A stretch of 64,000 nt of DNA from Macrostomum lignano. Lineage: Eukaryota. The position numbers and the translations under genes were made by a program. Of this stretch, positions 38,700-51,869 are shown in pieces. Position 1 is the stretch's first letter. Every line of letters starts with the position of its first letter. Below the pieces are notes generated by a model that was given only the letters and a program-made list of their open reading frames with translations, was not told the DNA's origin and ran no database searches. Location: the NCBI GenBank assembly GCA_002269645.1, contig NIVC01001376.1:238176-302175 (forward strand), in the 5' to 3' direction.

Positions 38700-39230
38700 G
38701 CTGTCTCCGCTGACTTCGTCTTCGTTCCCATTCTCTGCATTTCCGCTGATCTCTTTAATCAGTTTCGCGTCTTCTCTGTAGTCTGAGGATGATCTGACTG
38801 GCGTCCATCGTCGACCTGTCCCGCTTGAAACCCGCTTGGTTCTCGTCCAGGCAGTTGGTCTCTGTTGATTCGGGTTGCAATATTTCTTGCCAAGATCCTA
38901 CCTGTCATCGGTAGTAGGCAGACACCCCGATAATTGTTTAGGTCTTTTTTGTCTCCTTTTTGTGTAACGGGATGATGAGTCCTAGCTTTTGTCCTTCTCT
39001 CCATTTCGTTGCCGATTCCGTCCACAGTCTGGTTGTTTCAATGAAACATTCTTGATGTATATCAGTCAACGTGTCTTCTCCTGGTGGCGCCGTTTTTCAT
39101 TTTGTTCAGTTCTCTTTTGACACATGTCCAGGTGGTTGGATCTATTAAGGCCTGATTTGCTTCCTCTAACTTCCTTGGTAGTTGCCGGCTTTGAAGAGTG
39201 AAGATTTGATGAAGAGTGAGTGACGCCCTA
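38700..39230 (-). mobile_element. degraded RTE-type RT N-terminal fragment
   Basis: KRELNKMK and QKGDKKDLNNYRGVCLLPMTGRILARNIATRI. Confidence 0.7.
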
Positions 39231-40539
39231 GACCAGCCAATAAGATTAATACTTAATAAAAATGGTCTCAATATTTTTCAAAGCTTAATTGTTGTGGTGG
39301 CGTAGTGAACATGGCGTAGGTTGGTCACTCAGAAGGTCCAAGTTTTTGTTACTTTTTATTATCTAGCTATTATTTGCTTTTTAAGAATCACATACACCTT
39401 TTTGCATTCGACTTTAACTAAAATCGCATTCAATTTCAGCAAGCTGGCATTCAAAATCGGCAATCTAAATTAGGCCAACCAAATCTTCATTCAATTTAAG
39501 CATGCTCACATTCCATTTCAGCCAACAACATTCAATTTCGGCAATCTGTATTCAATTTAATTTTGTTTCAAAGTTGTCTGCTCGTCTATGGGTAAACTTT
39601 ATTGACACGTGCAGATTTTGCACTCAATTTCGGTTATCTGCATTCGTCATGACTTTATAGTTTTAGTGACTCCGCACTGGTTTAATTCGCGGTGATATCT
39701 GACTACCAGTTTTGTAGATCTCAGCTTCCTGTGGTACAAATAGAGCTTTCTAAGATAATTAGTTTTTCGTCGCTGGCTTAATTCGGTACAGCAGCTCTCG
39801 TTGGACAGCGAGCTCGTCCAGCTGCTCAATTTCTAGGGAGAATAACTTGACTTTATTTTTATCTGTATTCGAACCACGACTAAGTCGTTTCCAGCTCTGC
39901 TGGAGAAGTTCTGTCAAAGACACAGCATCATGAAAACTCCATCAATCACATTGTTTAAAATATACTGTTTTACAATTGTTAATTCTCTAAAAATAATTAC
40001 GAGATGTCGGACATTTTGAAGATTTGGGGTGACATTTTTTATAAAATTATTTCAGCTATTAAAATAATAGAATCACTGTTGGATAGTAGTATAGTAAAAT
40101 ACGGATTGGGCCCTCTTTTGGAAGAAACAAGAGTAACCCTATTTTTCAAAAGTATGGTGTTTTTCTCAAATGCCCCTCTATAGTAATTTTCGAAAGAGAA
40201 AAAAAAATGAGAAATTTTACGAAAAAGATAAAATCAATTTTTTCGAAAATCACTCATGTTGGGTGTGAAGAAAAAGTCACCTTTTTAAATAGTGTTTTCT
40301 TAAATGCCCCTCTATGGAAATTGCTTTTAAAGAAGTTTTTATAATGATTCGAATTTTTTATATATATTTTTTTTCGAAAATCGCTCGAAAGTCGGGTGTA
40401 GAGAAAAAGTTTTTAATTTTTAAAATCATTCTTGGGCTGTGCCCAATCTGTATATTTACTATACTATTTAGAGGGTAGAACACCTAATATGGAATTGGAT
40501 AAGTAGGCATGACGCCTAATAGACGAGGGGTTTTGGGGA

Positions 40540-40757
40540 TAGAGGATAGGCAGAACGCCTGGAGAAAGTACGTCTAAGTAAATAGGCAGAACGCCTGGAG
40601 ACAATGTCTAAGAGCAGAAAAAACGTTTTGACCGACAGAACGCTTGAAAGAGGATATGCAGAACGCCCTTGCAGAAAAAACGTTTTGACCGACAGAACGC
40701 TTGGAAGAGGATATGCAGAACGCCCTTGCAGAAAAAACGTCTGCAGAACGCCTTTCA
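40540..40757. repeat. short CAGAACGC-cored tandem repeats including a near-exact ~60-bp duplication
   Basis: AAAACGTTTTGACCGACAGAACGCTTG.AAGAGGATATGCAGAACGCCCTTGCAG occurs twice. Confidence 0.8.
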
Positions 40758-40759
40758 AA

Positions 40760-41280
40760 AAGCTGCCAAACTCGTAGCTGGATTTACCTTGGAAGGAGAC
40801 ACATCAGTCGCAAAAGCATGGAATTCTGTTCATTAATTGAAGCGGCTGTCGAACTGAGCCAGGATCTGCTGCAGAAGTGGACAGTAAGTGCTGAGTCCAA
40901 AGTGATATTCAGGTGTTTTGCTGTGATGTGGCTGCCCACCTCGGCCTTGTGCAACATATTTAGAGCACACAACTTAACGCCTGCTGCAGCTGATGCTCCA
41001 CATGAAGCCGACCACACACTTGAAGGATTGCTTGCCTCCTGACGTTTCTGCAATGCGCTGCAAACGCTTCGAATGTGCTTGTCAGCCATAAAGAGAACTT
41101 TCTGTAGATAGCTGCAGAGCGGCTTCGTTACGCTCATAACTTCACGCATGACGCTCGATACCACAATGAATGAAAGAAGTCTATCACGGCATCGTGTCGT
41201 TCGACCCATCGTGTTTCACACAGAGCCTGCAACTTTCGTTGGCGACCAGTCCTGGCCTTTTGACTTGCAATGACCTGAAT
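40760..41280 (-). pseudogene. hAT transposase fragment
   Basis: Manual reading gives RKLQALCETRWVERHDAVIDF, then (other frame) VMREVMSVTKPLCSYLQKV. Confidence 0.75.
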
Positions 41281-41583
41281 TTTTGTTTTGGGGGCTATTT
41301 ATCTCATTTAGATCCGTTTGTTGTAAGTACTGTGTAGAGATAGTTGATTTCAAAAGTTATAAGAGCAATTTCTATCAATAAATTTTAGTAGATGTCAATA
41401 TCTAAGTGGGTTTCGGTTGTCCCAGAGACTGGGGGTGGTTGACTATTGTTATCGCTCTTAGATCAGCCATCTAAGAGCGATCTAGATCAGCCATCCGCCA
41501 CTTGATTTTAGACACAACAGCAGTATATATAAAAAAACACGGGTTTACCTGGCCAGCTGGTCCACTCAGCTTTAGATATCAGA

Positions 41584-41612
41584 CTAGCAACCAGTTCCCC
41601 CTTTGGGAGAAG
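41584..41612 (-). mobile_element. second Helitron-like 3' end
   Basis: TTCTCCC-AAA-GGGGGAA hairpin, 7-nt spacer, then CTAG|T. The 5' end was not located. Confidence 0.5.
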
Positions 41613-43474
41613 AAAAAGACGCTTTTAGTATCTTGGTAATTAAAACACTAATAAACACCTGAGATACATCACGCTATGTTGTCGCCTAGATATCCTAGAT
41701 AGCCTAGAGATTAAAAACTGACAGACTGGCGTCTGTCGAAATGAAGTCATTCCAATCGAGTGGATCCCTTTGATTTTTGCTGGTAAACATTGAACAGACT
41801 GTCTTTGTCTTGCGGAGCAAATTCTCTGTCTCTACTCGCAATAGCCGGTTCATACGCTGACCAAGCTCGGTTGCCGCATATTCGAGTAGATACTGACATT
41901 CGCAGGCAATGCTAAATAGTTTTCGGATAGTCTCAGACTTGGACGAAGACGACTCACGCGCAGATAGCAAATTGATCAGCTCCCGCCTCCAATCAGCTGC
42001 CTCCCCTAGATGACATTGACCGACCTATTCTTACAAGATCTGACTTGAGCTTTCCAATAAGTTATTGCAAGAGTCCACAAGATTTGTACCATTCAAATGT
42101 ATAAGCAGATCTTACATTATCTGCTAAGATCTTGCAAGACAAATCTGCTACCCTGAGAAAATAGTGCTGGCGAAAGGGTGACAAATTTTTTTCAGCATTT
42201 TTTTCTCATTTAAAAACGCATAAAAGAATATCAACTGGTATAATTATTGTGTTGCATCAATTTTAAAAGCTGCCCAATTTTATACGTGGGCAGCCGTGCG
42301 TTTAACGATAAAGTTAAGAAATACTTAAAACACAAAAAACTAAAAGCGATCAGTAACTAAAATAATAAAGTATCTGCGGTGCTGGCACAGCAAATGATTG
42401 ATGAGACAGTAGAATCGGTGGCAAACGTTTCTCAATACGTATGGCGCACGAGGGATCAATCTGGCAATCGCGAGACTGTAGTAGCGGCGGCGAGACTAGA
42501 CTTGGATCGGCGAGACTAGACTGGGATCGGCGAGACTGGAGTAATAATGGATAGGTCGGTTTGATAGGTAGGTTTGAGCGCAGAGCATACATAGCATACG
42601 CAGGTCTTAAAACAGTGATTTTAGTGATTAGTTTTTTTAAATAATTTTGAAAAAGTGCCATTTGCACAATTTTAGCTCTAAAACCAATAGTTTTTTGGAA
42701 CTGTTGGTTCATCTCAATGCCATTTCAGGTGTAAACAGTTTGAAACTGTCATCAAATTTGATATTGCTTACTTTTTTCGTCATATAATGGTCATCAATAA
42801 ACCACGATTTCTAGGAACTGCTTTCGACATTCAGTCATAACAAAACTCAGCTATAACAAAACTGCCTCCGATTATCTCCACTGGCAGATACCCAGGAGAA
42901 CTTCATATACCATCATACAATTTTGCAGGTCACCATGTGGCCTCAGTGAGGATGTCAATGTCCTTTGCTAGTCATCGGACTTTAAGTCCGCGACCCTTGG
43001 TCGATTTCACTAAGCATTTGCTAAATTTTCTGTATTAAAAATGGAACAAATAGTACGAGAAATTCCCATGAAACCACTTTGTATGTTGTGACTCAGCTTT
43101 AACGTCGTGCGAAATCCACAGAGTAAGGCGTATGGTCAAACAGGCTCTCGCAGGAACTCTAACAAGGTCAAGGACAGCTTCCATTGCACAAAGTTAAATT
43201 TTATTTCACTCAAATCAAAATTGCTTTGAAGAATATACCATAGGAATTAAAAAACAACAGCCGAGATAATATTTTTCCGCTCCATTAAATCCGTTCTTAG
43301 GTTACACTTCGCATACCTTACGCAAAAAATAATGTTTTTTAATATTAAAGTAGTGATTACTAAAAAAAGAACTTCATAGTGCGGTGGAAGGCTATCGTCT
43401 TCAGCATCCAAATCACTAATCGCTTGCATAACTTGAGTTTCAGTTCGAATTCCTTTCTATGATCCCTATATCTT

Positions 43475-43790
43475 TTGCGAAGTTCCTTTTCGGATGGCAT
43501 GTCTATTAAAGCTTTGGTTGTTGCAATGAATTTTAGAAGAATTATCAGCCATCTCTTAATTCATTCCTGCATTGCAAAAGCAGCGCATAACCTCAATTCT
43601 CATTGGTTGCCAAAACTCGAGCCAAACTCCTTTCAACTTTGGCACGCCATTTCAGAGCAAACTTTGGCAGAATTTTTGGCTTTGGCAACCAATGAGAAAG
43701 CGACATCGGGTGAATAGAATTCAACTTTGCACGCTCATGCCAGATGCAGAAAAAAGTCCTCCGCATGAGTCAGAATTGTAGTTACTTGAG
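43475..43790 (+). pseudogene. very decayed mariner transposase relic
   Basis: HWLPKL...ISEQTLAEF...TSGE* parallels the mariner pattern RWVPK.L...S...L..F...TGDETW. Confidence 0.35.
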
Positions 43791-44329
43791 AAGCTCGGCA
43801 TCGCACTGCACAATGCACACGGAAAGAAACTATGTTCCTTTTTTATTTAAAGCACAATGACTCAAGCTTCTTTCTAGCTCTTCACATCAAGAATGAAGCA
43901 AAGCAACTTACCTAACCCTAACAGTTTGGCAGTTGAGTCAATAAGAATTTATTGTTCATTTATAAATAGGTTTTGAATATCAGCATGCTGCAGCAGGAAT
44001 TGAGCACCTCATAAACCCCAACTCTAAAGCAGCGGCCATGGTCGTTTTTTTTCTATTTTCATGACTCAGTGCGCATGTAAGAAGTCGCTTAGGTGGCTTG
44101 ATAAAAACTCGCTTTAGTTTTGGAAGCAATACAACACACGTTAATCAGACATACTAAAGCAAACAGAGCGAACATATAATGCAAACAACTCAGGAACAAC
44201 AAAAAGGGTTTTTAGAGTTTTAAGAAATAAGAGTTTTGTACTTGTGTTGATTTTGATACTAAATAGTTATAATGCCCTACATTTTAGAATCCCGTATGTA
44301 GGCAGCAATGGCATCAGTCGAATCCGACT

Positions 44330-44570
44330 TCGATAGTCTTATCAAGGAAGTTTTTTGTAGTGGGGATTTAAAGCACTGTAAAAAATAGATAGGAGAATGT
44401 AACAAGGTTTCTAGAAAATTGAATAGGGGGAATTTTGCTATTCTTCTTTATACCAGCTTCGTATTCTTGATCTTCATGCAAATTTATCGGAGTGCCTAGA
44501 GCTTTTCGAAATAGGTTTTTAATTGAAAAAAGTCAAATGTGCGTTGAAACTTTTCACTCAAGAGGATGTT
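44330..44570 (-). pseudogene. minor capsid (penton) N-terminal relic
   Basis: DFFQLKTYFE(fs)PINLHEDQEYEAGI matches the mCP start pattern DF.T.F..PI.L....YE. Confidence 0.45.
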
Positions 44571-44613
44571 GACTTTTTCTATTTCTTTTTCCATTTTTAA
44601 GCAAGTAATTCTG

Positions 44614-44946
44614 CTAGCTCTTTATCAACATTATGTTACTCTGCTTTGCGGCTAGTAATGTCAACACTCTTTCACTGAGTCCAGATCCTGGTTTTACTCG
44701 ATATCCTGGTGGATTATCTTTCAGTATCCTTACTGCTTGCTGATAATTCCCACTTGATTTGGCCGCTGGATTTTTACAATGTTCAATGAGTTCAACATAA
44801 TCCTGCAATGTTTGCATCCTGAATTGCTTCAGCTCTTCACCATTTTCAGTTACTTCAGGCATTTTGAACAACTTCAAGATCTTCAGAAAATGGTATTCGG
44901 AATTTGTTGACAATGATGTCCCGACCTTGCTCATGGAATTACCCAT
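44614..44946 (-). pseudogene. Polinton-associated ORF (GSGL..ERVLTLLAAKQ)
   Basis: Resembles the L.ERL.LL.A...AGN motif seen in Maverick accessory proteins. Confidence 0.4.
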
Positions 44947-45011
44947 ATTACAGATGATCCAAATATATATCCAGCATCAGTTTTTTGAATCCGTATACTA
45001 GGAGGTGGTCT

Positions 45012-45320
45012 TTAAGTTATTGGAATCTTTCCAATTGCTTCAATTATTTTGTCAAATTCTTCTTGACGTTCAAAACGTCCTTTTGTTGTACTAGTACTTA
45101 CTTGCGGAACTGGAACTTTTTGATTCTGAAGTTTATCAACAAGGTTGGCATTGACATCAATAAATTCATCAAGCTTTTCTGTGACAGGTTTCTGAGCTAA
45201 TGGAGCCACTCTTGCATATAAACTCTCTTCTCCAATTTTCAAATAGCATTGAGCATCATTTATGGATTTGTACATCTCTCGCTGCTCTGCTAAATTAATG
45301 AGTTCTCTATATATTCATTA
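45012..45320 (-). pseudogene. Polinton/adintovirus accessory ORF downstream of the ATPase
   Basis: EQREMYKSI..KIGEESL..LAQKPVTEKL resembles the ORF that follows the ATPase in such elements (from memory). Confidence 0.4.
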
Positions 45321-45367
45321 GTCATTTTTATAATGAAATTTTAGTTAAAACATACTTATACAAATCT

Positions 45368-46073
45368 TACTCATCTTCATCAGCTCTAGTATTTATATAG
45401 ATATAGCCATACTTCTTTTTCCAGCCTCTCTATCTACATTTAGCCATGAATATGGCGGGTTCATAATTCGTTTCTATATTTCTAGCAATGTGATTCAAGT
45501 TTGTATTTTTTTGTTTAAAGATTATGTAACATGTCATATTCTCCCTGACAGTATTGCGATCTAGTTTAGTAAAATTTTGAGCTAGATAAAAGCCACAACA
45601 GTTTCCATGCCTTCCTCTCTGAAACAGACTCCTGGAATGTTTGATTAGCTTCTCCCAAAACATCATTCTATATCACAGTCTTTAGTCCTTTATGAAAAAT
45701 TTATTCATTTGGAGTATGAGAAAGAGTGACAGGAATTTTCTCTATTACTTCTGAATTTTCCGCTGCCTCGTTACAAATATGCCTAATATCTTCAGGGGAT
45801 GCATAATCACTTACTTGATAAACATGATAGATGGAGTTGATGAGACTAGGTGGGAGACCATTTTCAAAGCCATATTTTAGAAACTGATACTCTGGATCCA
45901 TTTGAGATGCTCTGGGAACATATAAAAGTAACTAATTAAAGTCAACTAGTTTTTCAGGACTTGTAAGAATATGGAATAGTAAATATGTTTTACCTGCATT
46001 TATAGCTCCTATAGTACAACATAAAAGTGGATTAGGAAAAAATTGAATCGTGTTGAAATTTTACTTTAGGCAT
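45368..46073 (-). pseudogene. A32/FtsK-like genome-packaging ATPase
   Basis: Walker A GAINAGKT (46009-45986), DPEYQFL, a decayed Walker B (VI*ND), and LFQRGRHGN..YLAQNF..VRENM..IIFKQ. Confidence 0.8.
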
Positions 46074-46104
46074 TTAAAAAACTAAAAAATGACCTTATTC
46101 GACG

Positions 46105-47260
46105 CGAATCATTTGATATTGACTGGTAACTCTGATAACATTCGTTGTTTTTTTAAGAATTAATGCAAATGCTGTTAGCTCAATATTTTGACTTCTTGAT
46201 AAATAATCGAGTATTAACTCCACTCTTGACTAGAAACTCATCCTGAGCTGTTAGATCAAAGCAGAATATTGAATAGATAGTAAGAAAGTCTTGTTTAATA
46301 AATGGTGGAGTCACTCCAAATCTGCTGCAAATATCCTCGTACATTTCATACGCTCTGTGAATGTCTTGAGCTACTGGATCAATTTTAACATAATCATTCG
46401 GATACATCACCTGATTTAATCTGACTTGAAGCTGGGTTATTTTTACTGCATTTGCTCCAGTTTTGTAAGACACATACTTGTGATCATTAACTATGTATGA
46501 TGGGTTGTTTACGTCATATTTGAAGGCTACAAAGATTGCAAGTGGCATATTGGAGATGTTGGCTATGTTCCATCCATATGGACTTCCTTGAATAAGTTGT
46601 GGAGGAACCGTTACCCTCTCTGGAAATGATACTGTAATGTCCTTGTTGAGTGATTTTAGAAAAGGTGCTTCAGCACTGGGTGACAAAGTAATAGCAGGGA
46701 TCCAAATCTCAAAGCTATTAATAGTTAACTTAGCTTCCGTCCCGGCAGCTCCAAAGAAAATTTCAGCATCGTTAGTCTTTCTTGTCCATGTGAATTTATA
46801 TTTATTCCTTTGCTAATCTTCTGCCAATCAAGGAACCCAATGAGGGGTGTTAAAGATAGTTTGATTGTTCCACCTCTGTTTGGAGCATTAGTGACATTAT
46901 TGTAATTTTCAAGCCTCCTAATGTATCCAGTACTAGAATCCTTCTTATTAAGTTTATTTTTCATAGCGATTGCTGCATTTCTCACAGCTTCAGCATCTGC
47001 GTTGTTTGCTAGGGGTATATCAGAAACAGTCCCAGCATTTCCAGTGTCTGGAATCCATCCGTATACTTCTCCAACTTCATTCATCAATTTTGAGTACATT
47101 ACGGACTTTAGGATTGTGTCATACTCTCCAGGATCATTATAGACTTTCGTTGTTCCTCCGATGTCAACTATGAGTTGAAAGAAAAGTCTCAAAGCAATTT
47201 ACTTACTGCTGACTGAATGTCGTAAGCAGAAGCATAAAATAGTGGTTTATTGAAAGCCAT
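46105..47260 (-). pseudogene. double-jelly-roll major capsid protein
   Basis: PGEYDTILKSVMYS..GWIPDTG; LTPLIGF; (fs ~46800) FEIWIPAITLSPSAE; ITQLQVRLNQVMYP; YSIFCFDLTAQDE; (fs) TAFALIL. This follows the Polinton MCP pattern. Confidence 0.75.
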
Positions 47261-48869
47261 TTTGTAGTAGAAAAATTATGTTAAAATTGAAGACAAAAAT
47301 AAATTTCAATCCAACGATGCTACATTTAATTACAAATAGAATAGTTTGCTAAAATTTTTGTTATTTTTTGCTCACAATCATTGGCTGTGACGATGGACGG
47401 CCTTTCTATTAAATTCTGTTTTGAAATTAGAGGCATTGTTTTTTCCATTTTTAAAAAGAGGAAAAAGAAGACATTTTTCGTCGCGAATTTTTATCTATAG
47501 AATGGTAAACATTTAAGAAATTATTTTAAAAAGAGATATACTTTCGATTTAGTAGGCGTTAAAGGAAAAAACACAACATTGAGTTTTACTCAAAAAGTTC
47601 CAACGCGTTGGAAAAGTTTGAAATTCATATGTCACTGAAGATTAGTCCAAAATCCGACGTCGGCTTTACAGACTCCCTCTAGAACCGGCAAAATCGCTTG
47701 GAGTTCTCGGAGCGGCATAGCAAGTTGTTGAATTGTTGGGTAGTTCTCGGAAAGTTTCGCTAGCTTCATGAAGAAGTAAGCACTTGCCTTCTTGATGCCA
47801 ATCTTGTTTGTCCATTCTCCTTTTCTTCCAGAAATTTCTTGAAGGCACCCTTAGTTCGATTCAACTTCCGTTTGAGTTGTAGAAAAATCTGGCCAGCTTG
47901 AATTGCATAGAAGACTATGTTCCTCGAATTGTTATTAATAGCGACATTTATCCTTACAGTGATTCCGCTGCCTCACTTAGGGCTTTTCTTCAATCTTAGT
48001 GAAAGCTCTCGAGCGCTGGGTTGCAGATCAAATTCAGTTTTCCTTTCACTACATTGTTCTTCAAAGTCTTCTTCAGTTCTTCGATCTTCCTTTGACTCTG
48101 TCGCACCAATATTCTTTTCTTTCGTCAGGAATCTCTCTCAAAAGTTCTCCAAAGAGATCTTTTCTTCAGTTTTATCTTTTGTCAACACACCTTCCATATC
48201 GTCGATCAATCCTGTTGTAATGTTTTCCCCAGTCATGCTCAGAGAGGTTACAGATTTGCTAATGTTGGATCTGCGGCTTTTAAGTAGGTAGAGCTCTAGC
48301 AATTTTTCTCATTGTATTATACAATAGACACTGTAGAGAGAATAAAACAGTTGTCAATAGCAACTACTGAATGAAGACGCTGTCGTCTTCAAAGGTGGGA
48401 CGATGGTTTTTAATGTTCGTAAATTTTATGGCTATGACCTAAATCAAGAACTAAGAAGCTTAATGGGCTACAATTATAATTTAATTTAAACAAAGTTTAT
48501 GCATTGTATTTCTATATATATATATGTATTTCTTTTTAATGACGGTCGTGACTATGGTGTCTAATTTAGTGAATAAAATTGCCTAATTGTTACAGGTGAC
48601 TCTAAAAATGGCTTACCATCAATATATAGGAAGCTATATGTCAGATTACAAGGCTTAATCTCCTACATACTGTCTAGCGAATTTTTTATTAAAGAAAGAT
48701 AGACGTGATGGTCGTGACGTATAGAAATTCACATTGTGTAGGAAAAAACGTTCGTTGCATTTTTTCATCAAAAAGATGATAGAATTTGCAATGCATGGCA
48801 CTATTTATTATTAAGAATGAGTAGCACTTTGACCGTTGAGAAGCATTATAGCATTAGACATGTGCATTA

Positions 48870-50805
48870 ACCGAAAAAATCTAACTTGTTTAAACTGACG
48901 GTCGTAAACTGTTTAAATGCTTCGAGAATCTCGGACTTTGAGATGTAGGAACAGGTGATCGCACAGGTGGATATTACTTTGAAGAAGTCGGCCGCACAGT
49001 TGATAATAGCCCTCCGTGACATCACTTCCTTCTAGGCGAAGCGCTTTAGAGTTCCTCCGACCCCATCGATGGCACCTTTGCCATGTGATGTGGCAAAAAA
49101 GTTCCATGTTAGACGTCTGAGGTCAAACTTCGTCCGGGCCAGGACCATAAAGTACTGCATGAATCGACTCTTAAATTGAGACGATGGACCGTCGCTCCAG
49201 AAATGCACAGTCATTACTGGCTTTGTCAGACGCTGTGATCAAGAAATGTAGATAAAAAATTAGGAATTGAATGAGTAAGTAAACAAAGATGATCCATATT
49301 ATTAAATTAGTTAGCTATAAAAATAGTTATTCAAGATGACATACCCTTAAGAGAGTCTCAAGAAAGACCACAATGCTGGTCTTGGTGTGATCCGTAGTGT
49401 CGCTAATAATCGCAGACATCTCATGGTTGTCTGGACTAGTAGGTCCAGGATAGACACCAATAGTAAAAATAGTCACCTGCGTCTGTGACCAGTACGCACT
49501 TTGAGTTGCGTCTTGGTGGGCACATGAGTAATTTTCTGCAAAGTCGAAATGCAGTAGTAGCTCATGCTCTCCCAAATTGTCTTTCTGCGAGCGGTAAAAT
49601 GCTGCCTGCAGCACGCGAGTTCGTTCGTGAATAACAAATTTCGGCAGCAAGTCCAAGAGGACTTGATGGGCTTCGGCAACAGTTTTTGTCAGTGACACTT
49701 GCTCAACTCGATTAGAAATTGCATTGTTCTGCCAGAATCGGTAGGTGATTGGCATACCAAGCAGCCTGCTCATTAGGTGCTGGGATTCGCATGGCTGCTA
49801 GGTCTTTACAGAGTACACATGTGCCTTGAAGGCAATCTGGTGATGTCACGTTACAAAGAACGAACTCCTGCAGCCATTTTGAGCTATAGGTATTGCAGGC
49901 GCTATAATGGGTAGTTAATTGATGATAAGCTTCTTTTGGTATTGATAATTGATGAATTCATGTAAATTATGTACATATCATGTACTTTATAACAGAATTC
50001 ACAGAGAAATATACTTAAAAAAAACGGATTAATTCTTACCTATGAAAATTCTCATGTTGAGTGCAGCACCAGGCATGCAGTGGCGTTGAACCAACAGGGA
50101 GAATGTGTTTTGGACGAAGCGTGCAGAACTTCGAAAACGATATTCTGCTGCCTGCAGTCTCAGAAGAAAACAGTTCGTGATGTTCCCTGAGGCTCGCTGT
50201 CAAATACCGTTTTTGGACCTGCTGACCACCGACCTTAACGTACTCCTTTCGGCCTGGGGCCCATCACGACACATCTTCACGCAGGAAGTAGCTAGCAACT
50301 TGGTCACGAACGCCATCTGCCAGTCGAGAATAGCGACTACATTGAGCTTTGATGTCTGGCTGCAGCTGCAGGCCTACCATGCTGGCCAGTTTACGGACAA
50401 CTATAGCTTGCCGACTCGGAGTGCTTGGCAGTGCCAGATGAGCTCTGTGTACATGTCAGATGAATTAATTAGCTTTTAAAAGTTTCAAGGTCAATGAGAT
50501 AATTAGCAAATTAATAATTTGAAAAAGTTACTGCACCTGTTCACAGCACGTGACTCAGCCTGCCTAGAGCCATAGACCTGTTCGGACTGTTCATCATTAG
50601 CAACAACAGCGAGCCCATTGGCCAACTGTTGCTTTAACTCGCGGCTTTTTGCAGCACGAAGTCGAGCCTGTTCTCGTTGTTTCGTGATCGTCAGTGCATC
50701 TCGAAGTTGAGCTCGTCGCTCCCTGCTACGAATTTTCTCCTTTTCTTTGAGAACATCGCCGAGCCTTTTTCGATAATGCATTGAGTTCTCTGCTGCTGTT
50801 TTCAT
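48870..50805 (-). pseudogene. three-intron DDE DNA transposase (DFxENY / SDG / SHGKGxxDGxGG family; superfamily uncertain)
   Basis: Removing GT-AG introns at 50536-50445, 50039-49902 and 49344-49233 gives in-frame joins. Motifs: FLREDVS*WAPGRKE, FSKFCTLRPK, HFDFAENYS..QDATQSAYW..QVTIFT, FWSDGPSSQFK, FATSHGKGAIDGVGGTLKR. It has two stops and one frameshift. Confidence 0.85.
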
Positions 50806-51271
50806 TATGGCTGATCAGCTAGAATCAGTGGCTGAAATGATCAGTTCTAGAATGAGAAATGATACCTAGGCCTAGCTCAAAAACATTGATAGCAAATCTG
50901 TAATTACATAACACAATTCTTTTGTTAAAAAAACTAATTTTTTGATACCTTGGGGATGCTGGCTACGCTTAAATGATGGTCGTGACATGATGGTCGCACT
51001 TATCTTTGATGCTTTTTTTTCCAATGAAAGGATGCCTCTATATTGATAATTTTTAACAATTGTCTGACTATTAATGAACTAAATTAAAGAACTGATTTCC
51101 CGATTCATCCAAGACAAAACTATATTGATGTAAAATCTGATGGTCGCACTTTTACACTGCTGCAACTTTGTTCGTGTTCCCTACAACATACAATTTTAAG
51201 TTCTAGTCAAGAAAAAAAGGAATCAAGGCACTAATATAATGCAAAAATGAAAAAAATGCAAAAAATGCAAC

Positions 51272-51430
51272 TTAGACTGTTAGTCTTGCTTCTCGTGCTG
51301 CTGTTGCGGCGACTCCTGTTGCTTTTGCTCCTGTTCCTGTTGGGTTTGGAGTCGGTGGTTGCTTTGTCTTTTTTTCTGTGCCAACAATTCTTGGCCAGAT
51401 GGCCCAACTTGTTGCAGACGTAACACCTCT
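51272..51430 (-). pseudogene. gag-type CCHC zinc-knuckle fragment
   Basis: A frame not in the ORF track reads RCYVCNKLGHLAKNCW (51425-51384), followed by an R/S-rich tail. Confidence 0.7.
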
Positions 51431-51627
51431 ACAATACAGAATTTTTTTTGTAAATATTTTTGCCATTTATATGCATACGTACATGTATAATACTAGTACA
51501 CATATATATTAATACAGACTTACTTTGAACTGACCCCGTCCCGCTTCCGCCTCGGCCGCCACCTCCGCCTCGGCCGCCACCTCCGCTTCCTCCGCCTCGG
51601 CCGGCAAGGAAAATATATGTTGATAGA

Positions 51628-51822
51628 ATGGTTGAACTTTATCAACAAATTGAGAGTGGTCTGAAGGAGCCTAAACATATTAATCGTAATTTGACAGCGA
51701 ACAGGAAGGCTTCTTTCTGTAAGGCTAAACAATGTTACATATGTGAGAAGGAGTTTGATATGGTTCCAGATATGAAGGTACATGTGAAGGAAATTGACAG
51801 TAAAGTTACTATAGAACCTTGA
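51628..51822 (+). pseudogene. possible Polinton pPolB N-terminal fragment
   Basis: LTANRKASFCKAKQCYICEKEF resembles LT......F..A..C.IC...F, which precedes the RDH motif in Maverick PolB. Confidence 0.4.
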
Positions 51823-51869
51823 TGCAAAAATGTCTGAGCAAGAGCAATAATAATAATAGTATTACAAAG

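Larger units (their letters stand above)
44330..47260 (-). mobile_element. endogenous Polinton/Maverick (adintovirus-like) structural gene module
   Basis: Tightly packed, co-oriented MCP, ATPase, two conserved-looking ORFs and a penton N-terminus, all with stops or frameshifts. Confidence 0.8.
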
